Source: Catajapyx aquilonaris (Eukaryota). Taken from it: 63,629 bases of DNA. How positions within the stretch are numbered: position 1 is the stretch's first letter; every line of letters starts with the position of its first letter. The translations under genes and the position numbers were made by a program. Where the stretch lies: positions 1-63,629 of the forward strand of contig JYFJ02002068.1 in the NCBI GenBank assembly GCA_000934665.2, given 5' to 3'. This document shows, piece by piece, positions 13,641-27,150 of this stretch. The notes beneath the pieces are model-generated. The model was not told the DNA's origin. It did not search any database and saw only the letters and a program-made list of their open reading frames with translations.

Positions 13641-16600
13641 TTAGTTAAGAATAGTACTACGTGGTAAATCGGCGATAAATGTCATACGCATTTTGACAAA
13701 TTTGGGCAACGGGTTCACTAAAGGTACATCTGATGGACATATACCTCACGTGACACACTAATTGACCCTTTTTTTGTTTGATCCGACTTGTACGTGTCGC
13801 CTGCTTGCAATGGAAGTGTGTTCGTGCGGAATTTGAGCGTTTCCGTTGAAATCTCGACACGGATGATGATGCGGACATTGAGAATCCGGGAGCCTGCCGA
13901 GCTGCGGCTGCGAAAACGGTCGCGACGTGCAGGCAAAGTAACGGTGCAAAATCATGGGAGCGGAAAATTGATGGGGTTCCTCCGCGACAATAAACCCACC
14001 AAATTGTATCCAGCAGAGCCGCACCTGGCTGCACCACCAGGTGATAGATATTATACACTTCTTGATTCTTTATTTTTTCTTTTGAGGGTGGAAAGCATTC
14101 TCCTGAAATCACAGAGTGTGGAGCTGTGTGTGTTTCCCCTTTCCCAGCTAGCAAGCCCTGTTTTGCATACATCTGCAATAGTGAAGGCTCCGGTCGTTAG
14201 GAGCCTTAATGACGTGGCCATTCCATGCGTGTAAGAGCCAGTTGAAGTTAAAGTGCGTGCTGTCGGGGGTCGTAAATCCGGGCGAATCCGGGAAACCCCC
14301 GGATACAAAGAAGCTCCCCGCCTCACATTTTTTGGAGGGGGTATATATAGAGGAGGCCTCTGCAGTAGTAGCTCCCAGCTCCTGCAGGTCTTTTGCGCCG
14401 TAAAAGCCGCGCGCTGTAGTACTTCATATGCTGGCCAGGAAAGTAAAGGAGTTAACCCAAAAGGGGTTGGAAATAAAAGGTAGGGTGGGACTCGGGAAGA
14501 GTGTTATATCCGAGAGAGATAAAGGTTGTCTGAGGAGATTTCCCTTGGCTCTGTGAGGAACAAATGCCGGGGAGCTGAGATGGGAGCCGAGTCGTCTGAG
14601 GCCCACTTAGCTCTACTGGGCGGCCATTAGGTGTTATCTTGCTGCTCTCCTACCCTTCCTTGGGATCTTCTTCCTTCGCAGACTGGAATGGACCAAAAAG
14701 TCTCTCGGTGCAGTTAGCCCCCGCCGCTAAACTTGCCGCGCACTTCGTCCCGGATAATTATTATGACTGCTGCGAGAGCCATGCTGTGCTCTCTATATAC
14801 AAACAACAAACTATGGGGGAAGGCATAGAACATTGTGGGGGCGGTGAAAAATCAATTCCGGCTGTCCGTTTTGTGATGATAGTCAAATGATATAGGGGGG
14901 GGGGCGGGGTCATTTGCATTGTGGCCTGCAGACGCAGGTACATGGGGCGCAGGACATGTCAACCTTTCTGTGAGGGGGGTAGGAATTCATATTTACCTTT
15001 GGACCGCGGCCTTCCATTTTGCATAATTATGCGTCCCGTTTTAATATTTTAGTGATTGTACTGTCCGCAGTATTGCGGGCATACCCTCGGTGCTGGGAAT
15101 AAAAAAAAAATTTAGTGCGGTTTTGATCAAATTCCGAAACCAGTACAAACGCTGGAAAAGTAAATGGCGACAAGGTCTTTATATCGACTGCATAATTGCA
15201 AACCCGCAAGTTATGCAGATGTACAAAGCGGCCAAATATTATTGCGAACAAGTTAGTGTCGTGGCAATTTTTCAGCATAATTGAAAAACTATGTACACTG
15301 TACGTCGAGAAAAGTTTTCGGATTTGAGTAAACATCGTGTCCGAAACTTTTATTGGCACATGTTGTACATGCCCTCCCACAATAACATTACCAGAGCATT
15401 ACAGGACACGATTATGTTAAGTAATGAATTCGGGATGTCCTCCATAACATCGTGCCTGCAATTTTCAGTATATAAAGGACGAGTCTGCTGCCACACCCTT
15501 CATGATTTGCGAGCAAAGAGTCGACCCAAGTTACATTCCGGTTTATCGAAACAAAGCCCCCTGGTTGTGCCCATCACAATATTTATTAATATCTTGCTGT
15601 AACATGCAATAATGAGGTGTAAATTGCGCAACAAACGAGGTCTTCAAACCTGATACAGTGCTCCAAGTTACACATTGCACATACCCAATTTTTCGCAGGC
15701 TGTACTGTGCAGAACCGTCAGCAATTTTTTTTCCAGTTCGGCTCAATAATTCATTGTTTACCTCCATTTCCTGATCCTCAAATTATGACATGGGCAGTCT
15801 CTTGTGACATCATAATTTGCGGATGTAGCGCATTGTTCGGTGCCATTGTCCGCTGCAGCCTATCTGCATTGTTTCATTTAGTGCTCGACGCCAGCCGCGA
15901 TCGTAATCCAGTTATATAGACCTCCCCACCCCCTCTCACTTTATAGACTACAGAGTAAGTGCATATAGTGTTGGGATGCCAAAGTTCATAGCTGTCAATA
16001 TACCGGGCTCTTCTGGGACCTCCAAAGTTTGGCAGTAGTTAATGTTCTCCAGTCGCGAACAGATGCCTCTCTGGCAACAACTCTTGCCTTTTTTCCACAT
16101 TTTGCGGGCGTAATTTCGGAAACTGCACGCAGCGTAATGTCTCCAATTCGCCCTCGCCGTAGAGAGCGCTTCTGGAGAATATAAAACACCCACAAAAAAA
16201 TATAAGAGTTGGTTGGGTAGCCTTCCTGACCGCTGCCGGAAGGGACTGGACAATTTCCCTCCAGTTGGTCATCAGTTAGGTTTTATGGGACTGGACGTCT
16301 CGTGCCTGCAGGGGCCTGCTTTCTTCCTCTCAACCCAACTGCAGAGAGAGAGAGAGAAAAATGTATATATACATTGTACCAAAAACTTTTTTTTTGAACA
16401 TTGTACTTTTTTTTGGTTCCTTTAATCATGAGCGGGTTGCTCCGAATTGAAACGCGGACAACTTTTTTTTTCTCTCTCTCTCTCCCCTCCCAGCTTTTCA
16501 TTTTTGCCTCTTAGCTATTGTATGGCCTCCCGAGTTTTCTGCATGGTGATGGCCTGATGGAAGAAAAGAAAAAAAAGTACATCCCCCTTTCCATGCCTTT

Positions 16601-19600
16601 CCACCTTCATTTTGCTTCCATATCTGACCTCCCGAGTGCTCTTTTGGGACGAAACTGGGAAGGAGATAGCACTGATGAATAGCTCTCGGAGGTGACGACA
16701 CCTGCAAATTAATGCTCTGGCGATGACTTCCCCCCCCCCTCCCAACCGTCTCTTGTCGCAAAAGTGCTTATTTTAATTGCCTTCTCTATAATACAGAACA
16801 TAAAACACTTTCAGGATGCGTGTGTATATGCTTTTCAGACATATTAGAACAGCAAAGGATGGGTAATTAGCATGTAATCCCCTTTTTTTCTAGCGCGCTT
16901 CTGAAATAAATGCGACGGGGAGGCTATATCCTTTCATTAGTACAGAAGTAAGAAGGGCTTTGGTGCGCAAATAACTCGCTAAAACTTGTCTACATGTACT
17001 ACCGAGGTGCGTGATAAGTTTTTCTTTAAATGGGCTCGTTATTAAAGCCCCTCTAGGCACATTTTGAAGGGAATGAAGGCCTGCCCGAATATTGTAGTCT
17101 CGGAAGCAAGGCAGTAAAAGCTGGCCCCCGGATTACCTTTTCTCACCACTTTACACCTGGAGCTCAATTGCCTTGCACTAATTGCAGGCGTTGAGACGCA
17201 GTGGTTGGAGCCATGGGGTGGGGGTTATAGGACGTGCCTGGCGCCACGTATAGTATACTACACCCTTCACTCCATATTGCATGTGTTATCATGAATATTA
17301 AACCGGCACGTTCATGCAGTCATCAGCTTCCTGAACCCTCGAATAGTATCATAACTGTTGGATGAATCGCATCAATCTCAGCCACTTCTCAGACTAGGCT
17401 GGCCAGTAATTATTTACATGTGCGGTTATTACCAAAAAGCAAATGAGGGGTTTTAAAAAAAATCTAGTACTAATTGAGAGAGCAGAGTATGCACCGCAAG
17501 TATAAACAGCAGTACAGCACCGGCTGTGTCGAGAGTGCGAAAATCTGCTACAGTATAAACCGACACAGAAACCAGAAATAGGCAGTAATGCAACTTAATT
17601 TAACGTCATTAACAAGTCAAAAAATTTGTGTCGGGTGCTCCGGGTTTAGCTTGCGCTGTTATGATAACGAGGTTAATTTGGGGGAGGGAAATCGATGCAT
17701 CCGCAAAACGGCCCGAGAGCTAAACATCACTGATGCTTTGATGGGAGGAAGGTGCACCCACCCACTTGTACCCCCCCCCCCCCAAGATTTACACTACTAA
17801 TTACAAGCACTGGGATTTGTAATTGAAGAAAAACATTCCAAGACACTCTGAACATAAATCAGGGTGCAGCAGGAGCAAAGAAGTGAAAAATATTCGGCTG
17901 TATGATGCTGTTGGGTGCTGAGCAAGCCCCTTCCCAACTATTAATTCTCGCTTCGTCAGTTGCAAAGTAATTAAAATGCGAGGAAAGCGAAATTACTTGG
18001 GGTCGGTGGGGAACGGTGACGACGTTTGTCATACTGTTGGGGAGAGAGGCACGTACGGAAAAGTTTGGCTGATAACTAAATGAACCCATCCCTCGTTATA
18101 TGCCTTGCCTGACGCTGAGAAGAGCCTGTGACCCACACCCCAATATTTTGTGCCGCATTGTTGCCGTCGAGTGTCAGTTTGTATCCGACTAGTGTTGGTT
18201 TGTGAAAAGGAAGATGGTGTATATGTACCAGATAGTGACTGGCTCACTCGCAGCATGTGGATGATGTCCATTCAGCCGTGTTAGGACCAGCAGCAGATAA
18301 GCGTGCTTTTGGTGAACGGCAGCAGACAGGGTCTGACTCTTTGGGAGATACGAGTTTGTGCGCTGCTGGGGGAGGCTTTTGTTGGTGGGTGGGCACATCC
18401 TCCCCCAGGGTCCATTGTGCTGGTCAAGGCCCTTTGCCGAAAAGGAAGGAACTCTGCAGAGGCTGTGGGTGGGGGGTGGACAAAAGGACACATTTAGTTT
18501 GGAGATGATGCAGGCTGGACCTTCAGAGATTTCAGCCTCTTCCTGGAAAGGGATATCCGGCATAAATGGACCCCACTGGAATTATCGCGCAGATTTACGC
18601 AATTAGCAGCTGACCATCTCAAAATAATGTATATGGAGGCATACTGTGCACAATTGAATCATGCACATGCGTGTATGTCGCACACTCGAACAGTACTGGC
18701 ATCACGTAGATAATGCTTGGCAGGCGGCAGATTACAATGAAAGTGATAGCTTTATTTGAAGCCAGCAGAGAGTCTCGTGGACTAGTTCAATGAGGCATGA
18801 TAGCCACCTGAGCGCACGTGATCGTTGGGGGAGGTTGTTAGTTTCGAATGGGAACAGATGCTTTTGAGGATGACAAGGCAAGCATGGTTGGTAGGTGGGT
18901 GGGTTTGTAGGGGGGGAGGGAATTAGATTTGCATGAGAAAGAAATATTACGTGGCACTGTGTACACTCGACACGGAATTTACGACCCTTTCATTTTCATG
19001 GGCTCCCCACCACTCATACGAAACTCATCTATCACTTTAACAGTATTATCGAACTTATATGGCGCTCACCCCCGATTTCTGTGAAATATGCACTCCCGAT
19101 TTTTTTTTCGACAATGTGAACACATCATGTCTAATAAAGAGTGTGAGCTGTAAGCTACTAAGGGAACTCTATGAGTTCTAATTACCAGTGATGCGGAGAT
19201 GAAAGAGACACACATCAACTTGCCTTAGGACTGTTATTCTTCTTTTCGTCGGCTCTGCAAACTGCGCTTGTGTGTTCATAAGCATTAATTACGACCCTTT
19301 CTGTACTGAGATGAACTTTTCAGAGTTTATCCTAACCCAATATGCAACCCAAGAGACTCGCCTGACTAACCGGGTTGCGTGCTTTACAGGCTGAGAGGTG
19401 TCCAGTAAACCAAATGGTGTCGCCAGTAACCAGCACAGAGTGGTGTCCGGAAACCCAATCCCCGGGTTTTGTCCCCCTGGTCAGGTGAAGTGCCGACCGG
19501 TGTACAGTTGACAAAAGAAATGAATTTGAAAAAAAAAAGGCTGTGCTCGTGTAGCCTTTTTGGTGTGTGTTGGGGGAACATGTCCTCTCGAGCTGGGCGT

Positions 19601-20680
19601 GAAACAAGTTTGGAAATGCGATATATGCGAAAAGTGCCCAAAAAAAGTGCACAAAAAGACATCGAACAGGTTTCCACGCTTGGACAGACACTAACCCTCG
19701 AAACATCCCTTAATTTTTGCTGCCGTTTTTCGCCAAAAGAGTGCTGCGGTGTTGCTGCGCTTTTGTGGGGGAAATTCGAGAGGGTTTGGGACGTATTATG
19801 CTCTGGAATAATATATATTGAGAGAGAAAAAAAAAAAAGTTGGTGAAAAACGCGCGCGATGGCAATTGTGGGACTGGGGGCTTGAATGAAGTTTGAATCG
19901 ACTGGTGGGGCTAGCTTTGAAACCCCCGCTGTGGTGAATGGCGCAGGCACCGAATTTTTTTTTAGGTGTGCTTGTATTTCCACCATTCTCTCTCCCCCCC
20001 AAAAAAGGGGGAAAAATTGCGACTCGGTCCTAGTTTTTTTTTCGCGAAAAGCGGGGTCCTGCACATCACCCGCACTCACGCACACATTCAAGCACACCGA
20101 GGCCTAAAAATGTACGGTTTCGAAATCATAAAACATATCCCCCCTTTTTTTTCTCGGGGAAGCAAGGTTTTCTTTCTCGCCTACTCTTGCATGAGCCGAA
20201 CTTACTTCACAACCCAGTTTTAAAAAAAACGCAGTACCTATAATTACATGTGGTTTGAGCAGCACTGGAAATATTCCGCCGCCTTACAAAAAAAAATCCC
20301 AAGCTCAAAACACCATGTGCAGGGACCTATACGTTAAATGGATGAATAAATTATGGAGGACATTTTTATATTCCGTTTTTGTGTGTCAAAGTAGCAAAAA
20401 TTTAAAGGTCGCCACATTTTCTGCCTATTCCGATTCGTTTAAAAACTAGTACTTCCGTCAGATGTGAGAGGACCGTAACTCAATATTCACTTCCCTTGCG
20501 GCGAGAAAAGAAAGCAAGTGTTACCGAAAGCATCCAAAAGGTGGCGTTGGGGGAAGGGGGGAAAAGAAACGGCAGCCCAACTCCACCTGTTGGGTGCTTT
20601 TGGTACCACTGCTTTTCTTTCGCCGCAAGGGGAAGTTGACATTGAGTTACGGTCTTCTCATATCTGACGGCATTGTTTTG

Positions 20681-20935
20681 CTTGGACGTCGTGCGATAGG
20701 CCCCTACCAGTTGGCGCATAGGCTCTGCCCCTCTCTGCACACTACTGCCGTGCTTAGGAGGGAAATAGTAGTACATGCACGTTGGTGATGAGTCACCGCG
20801 CGGACAAAGCCCACCAGGGTGCTATAATCCCGCCTACATTGAAGTGGGCGATATATATTGTTGAACGGGGAAAGTGAACACTATGGTAACTACCACCTAC
20901 CTGTTTATGACCGGACAAACTTGTGGACATAGATA
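20681..20935 (-). mobile_element. Helitron-like family, copy B (termini not recognisable; empty MITE target site)
   Basis: Shares CCAGTTGGCGCATAGGC, ACATGCACGTTGGTGATGAGTCACCGCGCGGACAAA and CTATGGTAACTAC with the other copies. Boundaries are approximate. Confidence 0.75.
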
Positions 20936-21569
20936 TTAAATTGGTGTATATATTAGGTGTTACCAGTGAGCAGTGTACAAAGTAATGTTTTCTGGGCGAT
21001 TGCATAATTATGTCGATGTTAAATACCGATTTGTTTTCTGGCGCGTGCTGTGTGTAAATATATGTCCTGTGCATTGTGTGTGATGTGGCATGGTCTATAT
21101 AGTGAGGGTATGGGTAGGGAGGTAGGGGGGGGGGCTAAAGTGAAAATTTGCGATGCAGCTTTACAGGTGATCCAGATTTAGTGCTCTGGCGTTAACGTAG
21201 TTAGTGGGATTTGGTCTGGGCCGAAGAGAGAATATGACTGGGGCCCCCCTGAATTCTGCAATTTTCGGAGCGCGTTTTGTGGCCCTGCGGTGGTGAATAA
21301 TCGTCATTCTCGGCCAGCGGGTTGTTATTTTCGCCCCCCCCCTCCCCATCCCTCTCCAACCCTCCCCCACTCTGGTAATGCCAGCAATTAGAATGCGAGC
21401 CGCGTACTCTACCCTCGCTCGTGTTCGGCATCAACCCTCCGCATTCTTCCAGCACCCCCCAACAATGGCCTCCGAGAGGGGGGGAAAAAATAATTCCTCA
21501 GTCACATTTTACTCACAAAAGTATTCGTCTCAGGCCATTCGGACAGCACTCTAGCAAGGTGAATATGTA

Positions 21570-21713
21570 CTATCGGGTTCAAATACTTTTGGCCACTTTA
21601 TCCTGGTCTTGAAGCAACCCTTCGCACAGACCCCACGTTAAGGAGGTGTGTGTGTGTGTGAAGGGTTGCTTCAAGACCAGGATAAAGTGGCCAAAAGTAT
21701 TTGAACCCGATAG
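21570..21713. mobile_element. 144-bp fold-back MITE with 54-bp perfect TIRs, flanked by TA (Tc1/mariner-like)
   Basis: 21567-21623 is the exact reverse complement of 21660-21716. TA sits at 21568-21569 and 21714-21715. The spacer contains a (TG)n run. Confidence 0.75.
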
Positions 21714-24700
21714 TACGTACATGCAACAGTTTTTTGGAATTTCAAAAAAAAAAGTTGTGATATACGCCATCAGGTGCAATTAATCTTAATGAAGGGGCCA
21801 TTCCTGCGAGGTTTAGACGCTTGGGAAGGTGGAGGGTATAAGGCGGACTGTAAAATTATCATCCCCCTCCCCCTCTACTTTTTAATTCATTTGGCGAGTT
21901 CCATTACCCAGAAGCAAGCAAAAAGGGGGGGCGGGAAAGGGAAGGAAAAATGGAAGAAGAGTTTTTTGAGACTAATGAGCAATTCTCCCAAATTAGCCCA
22001 AACCCGAAACCCTAATTCTAATGGTTAACTTTTGGGAATTGAGGCGTCCGAGATGACCAAGTATAGTTGGAGGATCGTCGCAGGTTAATGGATTTTTGCG
22101 GTTTACCTGGCGATACGGCACTCCAGGGATGATAAAATGAGATTTTGGGAGGGATGCTGGGCCTAGATTAAATAGGCTGCGTAGTTTTGATGGCAGCCGC
22201 ATTTTTTTCGCCCGCATTATAAACCATTTTTTCTCCAAGGGTGGTCCAACGTGTCCACGCCAGAAAATTTCCAATTATTGCCCAGCCGATGCTGCTGGAC
22301 CATTTCGAATAACGAAACAGACCGCGCAGATAAATAATTCAAGCGGCTGACTTATCGAGGAGAGTCTGTATTTAGAATGCAGTTTCAGTAGGGTTTCTCC
22401 AAGCAAGCAGGAAATTGTCAGCGCCTAACGAATTTAAACTCCTTTTCTCTCTGTAACTCCTTCCAGACCCTTCTACGCTGCAAGGAGCCATTTGATAGGC
22501 CATTAAGATAACGGGACTTGTTCTCCACCCTGAGGGGTTATTTATTTTTTTGTACTGTACCCCCACCCTTTGGTATACGAATCAAATTGGAGGGAGGTCT
22601 AATCTGCGGCTCTCTCATGGTTTATTGGGGAAGAGATAAATTCGGAGGGGACTGACCGAGTCCATCTATTGCTTCAGATAACGTCCATTTCCTTTCTTAT
22701 ATATCAACGGGGATGATTAATCCACTTTTAGGCGCATATGAGGAGCCAACTGCGCGGATTGTTGTTTTCAAACTGGTTGCTGTCAGAGTAAACATCAATT
22801 CCATATATAGAGCTGTGTGGACGGTCTCCCCCCCTTTGATCCCAATAGGGAATGATGAGCTTGGACATTTGGGTTTGGTGAAACGGTTTCGAGGGAGCAG
22901 TTCACCTGGAAATGGCGTTGAAGACGGGCAGCCCTTTGAGAAATTGGAGGAAACGAGCCTGTTTGTTAGTGTTGACCCCTCTCCCCCTCCCTTCTATCAT
23001 GGTCATTGGCACTGCTGGAAAGGGGATGAAGCAGAAATGCGATCCTTTTCCTCAGCAGGGAAGTGTAGCTTTCTGGGTGTTCCTGTGGGAATGGTGGGCA
23101 GCCGTATATATTCCCCCCCCCCCTCCCCGATGAAGTCAGCGTCCTGCAGGCCAGCTGTCCAGAGTCGATATGTAAGGGACGGCTCATCTCACGGGGTTCC
23201 CCCAGACCTATACTCCTTTTCCGGGCCATTTGATCCGGATCGATCTCTTCCCCCTCTCCTATACCCTCTCCCCTTTTACCTGAGTGAGCCCTGAATTTTT
23301 CATCAGGAATCGCCTGACTTGCTCCCTTGGCTTTTTGCCTTTCCTGCTTGCCCCCTAGTCTGTCTGTCTGTCCCGCAGCTTCCGTTTCATATTCGCATAT
23401 ATATGTATACACACACAGCCTATTCAGACCAGGCGCGGATATTAATCCAGCGAGGCTTGGCCTTTATTGAACCTGCTACTAGAAAGCCAGCAAGTTGGCA
23501 GCATCCAGATATCCGGCGCATTGTCGACGAATCGCCGACTGGATCCCATCTACACGCGCAACTGGCTTTCAATATCCTGCAGATGATATTATACACCCGG
23601 TGCGGACTGAGGGGGAATCGGGGATATATAATATTGTATCTCTCTCTCTCTGGCACCTTTTGTGTAAGCTGCCCTGGCGGTGCTGGCAATGAACGGAATT
23701 TCAGTGTGTGTTGCCTTCGCTCGAGCGACTTGAGCGATATAATTGGTCGGGGGTCCCAGTCATTCACAGTTGGCGGGATTTTATCCGGCACAAAAATCAG
23801 TCGGATGAACAGCAGCCAGAGAGGAACCGAGGAGCATTCATCTGGCAGTGGAAAATGCTGCCTGCAATGAATCGGAAAATGGTGTAATATTCTCACCCAT
23901 CGGCCCGTGAGCTCGGGCTCGGCGACAATTATTCCGCCATAGGCACAACTACTCTGTACACTACTCTATTTTTCTGACAGAGCATTACAGTGCATCTGAC
24001 CAAAACCACATCTAAATGCATTTGTTTGTTATAGTTGGCCCTATGTGCTCCGGGAAAATGTTTTAGTTATTCCACATTTTCTCCAGGTCGGCTGGAAGTT
24101 TAAATGAGAAAAAGAGGGGGGAACAACCCAGCAGAACGTGAGAGTTTATCGGCTCGGAACTCATCAGGAAAAGCTCCGGACTTTTCGTCTTTTGGCCCCC
24201 CCTCTCTCGGAAAAAGCGAGAGTCCCCGAAAAAAGAGGGAAGATTAAAAATAATTTGGAAGTCTAGTTAAGCTGGGGGGTTGGAGGAAGTGTCGGAAGCC
24301 TTTTCATATCAGCAGAGTCTGTGAGTCGCAGTCTCCCGACCTCTCTCTCTCTCTGATGACTGTTTACCCCCCACTTTTCTTCCGCGTCGTCAACATCGAC
24401 GAATAAGAATGTCGGGCACATTTCCTCCAATCAAAAGCTCCCCGAATCCCCCGACGACTATTCCAAATCAACTTTCCAGGAATCCCTCCACGTTTAACTC
24501 CTGAAACTTGATATTGTTTCCGTAATGGATTCGGCGCAATTTCTGCCAAATCATAGCCGTCCTGCTGTATATAATGAGAGAGGACAGGCACGTGTATGTG
24601 CTAGGCTTCCCGATTTGCGCGGTGCGTATGAAGAATATAAGCTCCCCCCCTTGATTTAGCACTAATGTCGCAGCAGCATGAGCTTAAGGCCCCAAGTGAC

Positions 24701-25427
24701 GCTTAAACTAATACAGTTGAGGGGGCTTATAACCGGATAAGCGTCCGGGTTGAGGAATGACGCAGGCCTCATTTGTCCCCCGGAAAAGCGGTGATGTAAT
24801 CAGCTGCTCTCTCTCTCTTCTATAACTTTGCCTCTCATTGACGCTCCGCTATACATAATTCGCCTGCTCTTATTTGCGCAAAGAGAGAGCCCCCCCTATA
24901 CCGCCCACCCCCCCTCCGGTGTTGACCCCCTATCGTTCAATGTCAGTGGCTCCACTGAATGGAAAGATTGCTTCCCGAAACACCCTCTTAGCAACAGTGT
25001 GCGTTAGGCCAAACAACGCCGCACAAGACTCATTGTTACAAACGCACATTATTGCCATCCCCACATTGTGACATGTAATAGGTCTACGCTATTTCGAAAG
25101 TAGCAGCTACTTTCGACACGTAAACGCTATTTTCAAATAGCTGCTAGTTTCACAGTTCATAACAGCTATTTTCAGCTTGTAAGTTATGTTGAACGTAGCA
25201 GCTACCTTTTGCAAGTAAAATGTTAAAATAACGGCTATTTTCAGGATATGTCATTTGAAAGTAATCCCTACGTTTGGCACACGAACGCTATTTTCACCGT
25301 TAACAGCTGCTAGTTTCACAGTTAATAGCGGCTATTCTCAGCTTGTAAGTGATGTTGAACGTAGCAGATACTTTTTGCAAGTAAATTTTAAAATAACGGC
25401 TATTTTCAGGACATGCCATTTGAAAGT

Positions 25428-25516
<89 letters not shown>
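25428..25516 (+). repeat. (AAC)n(AAT)n compound microsatellite forming the SINE tail
   Basis: Directly visible uninterrupted AAC run followed by an AAT run. Confidence 0.95.
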
Positions 25517-25517
<1 letters not shown>

Positions 25518-25796
25518 TCATACCCCGTTATCAGCCTACCGGCTCTTTAGTGGGGAAGTTTTGTTTTGCCTGGAACGCTTTGCTTTCATTTTACTGCGCT
25601 TTTTGGGATAGGATAGGGACGGAAGGAAGCGGCTATGGCCTATTAATTACGGAAGCAACTCCGGAATTTTCCTGGAAGGACGACCGTGGGAAACCACAGA
25701 AAACCACGGTCAGAGTTGCCGGCCCCGGGATTTGATCCCAGGACCTCCCGATTAGCAGTCGGACACCATATCCCCTACTCCAAACTGGCCTAGGTA
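25430..25796 (-). mobile_element. Full-length tRNA-derived SINE
   Basis: The - strand head has A-box-like TGGAGTAGGGG and B-box-like GGATCAAATCC. The body GTGGTTTTCTGTGGTTTCCC...GGCCATAGCCGCTTCCTTCC resembles arthropod SINE bodies as I recall them. The tail is (TTA)n(TTG)n. A 14-bp TSD CCATTTGAAAGTAA lies at 25416-25429 and 25797-25810. Confidence 0.9.
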
Positions 25797-26899
25797 CCAT
25801 TTGAAAGTAATCCCTACGTTTGGCACATGAGCGCTATTTTCACCGTTAACAGATGCTATTCCCAGCATTAATGGATTCGAAAGTAGCAGCTATTTTGGCA
25901 TGTAAAGCTATTTTTGAAATCGCTGCTAGTTTCAACACCAATAACTGCTGTTTTAATGTCGATGTGATTTCGAAAGTAGCCGCTAGTTTAAAATAACCGC
26001 TAGTTCCAGCAATAATAGCTGCTAGTTTCAGTATTTAAGCGCTATTTTGAAAAAAGCTGCTATTTTCATCACCAATAACTGCTATTTTAATATCTGTGTG
26101 ATTTCGAAAGAAGCCGCTTGTTTAAAATAACCGCTAGTTCCAGCAGTAATATCTGCTATTGTCAGTATTTAAGCGCGATTTTGAAAAAAGCTGCTATTTT
26201 CAAACGCTTTTCGCTGCTGCGATTGGCTGATTAAGGTCCTTACGACCAATGAGTGTGGGCATGACGTGACGGAAGTGACGTCCGCAGGTGATAAACGCCG
26301 TGGGAAATCAGGTGGGGGGTTAGCGTGCGGAAATCGGAAGGAAGCGCCCTTTTAGCCCCCCTCCTCCTCCTCCTCCTCCCCGGTAGTACGTGGTATGGCA
26401 AGTTGCTTGAACCCGAGCTTGGGTCGAGCCAAGAGAGAGAGAGAGAAGGTTTTTGGGGGGTTCCCGGATCGATTCCTCACTACTAGTCCCTACTCTCGCC
26501 CCACAGGATAGAGGCGCGCGCAATAGGGGGGCGACATCAAGCGTCGATTAGAGGGACTAGGTGGTGGGGTTTAGGCCCCGCGTTTTGCCGCCAAAAGCAA
26601 GGTTCCCAACGAGTCGATATGCCGGGCCCACAATTTGGGATGGGTTGGACCAGAGGGTGCTGGCTGCCACTTCCCCCAAAAACTCTTTCGCTTAGTATAC
26701 CGTATCATGCACCGTACACAGCACATCGGGACAAAAAGACGATGTCTCCATCTTTTTGTCCGGTATAGTACATGTGTGTACGGTGCATGGTATTGAACAA
26801 AAATGACGACGATGTCAACCATCTTTTTGTCGGATATAGTACATGTAGTTTTGATTGTTATAATAGTCAAACATTGAGCTTATTTTGAGACCGCCTTGC

Positions 26900-27150
26900 A
26901 CTTGCTGATACGAATTGAAAGTTCTTGGTGCAAAAAATGGTGTAGGGCACTTTTACGTGCAATGAAATGTGGAAATCTTCCCGAGGTCAAATTGGAGGAA
27001 CGTAAGTGCTTCAGGAGTGATGGGCCTAAGTGCAGGTGCGGCCTGAGTGGCTGCATTGCCAGGGAAAATGACTATACTGCGCCTATGTATTTCCGCCAAA
27101 TGCATCGAATTGATAGTTGGAGAAGAAAAGGGCTAGATAGAAAGAGCGGC
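26900..27150 (+). pseudogene. Possible degenerate 3' end of a non-LTR retrotransposon ORF2
   Basis: The translation RALLRAMKCGNLP...EERKC...KCRCG loosely resembles the R-x-G-N...E-E-R-x-C-xx-C C-terminal zinc-knuckle region of LINE ORF2 proteins. Pattern recall only. Confidence 0.3.

Larger units (their letters stand above)
25085..26205. repeat. Complex tandem repeat interrupted by a SINE
   Basis: AACAGCTGCTA(G/T)TTTCA-type subunits recur. The higher-order period is about 165 bp on the left (CATTTGAAAGTAA at about 25252 and 25417) and about 133 bp on the right (AAATAACCGCTAGTTCCAGCA twice). Confidence 0.85.

Noticed and set aside
15090..15400. YKRWKSKW...REKFSDL, faintly like an hAT transposase C-terminus
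   Set aside because: The diagnostic motifs (P-x-T/S, ERSFS, LRS) cannot be recovered, so the resemblance is too weak to call.
25255..25611. ORFs with poly-T/poly-I and poly-Y/poly-C tracts
   Set aside because: Translations of the SINE's microsatellite tail.
25715..25796. tRNA-like sequence on the - strand
   Set aside because: It has a degenerate B box and is continuous with a SINE body, tail and TSD, so it is a SINE head rather than a tRNA gene.
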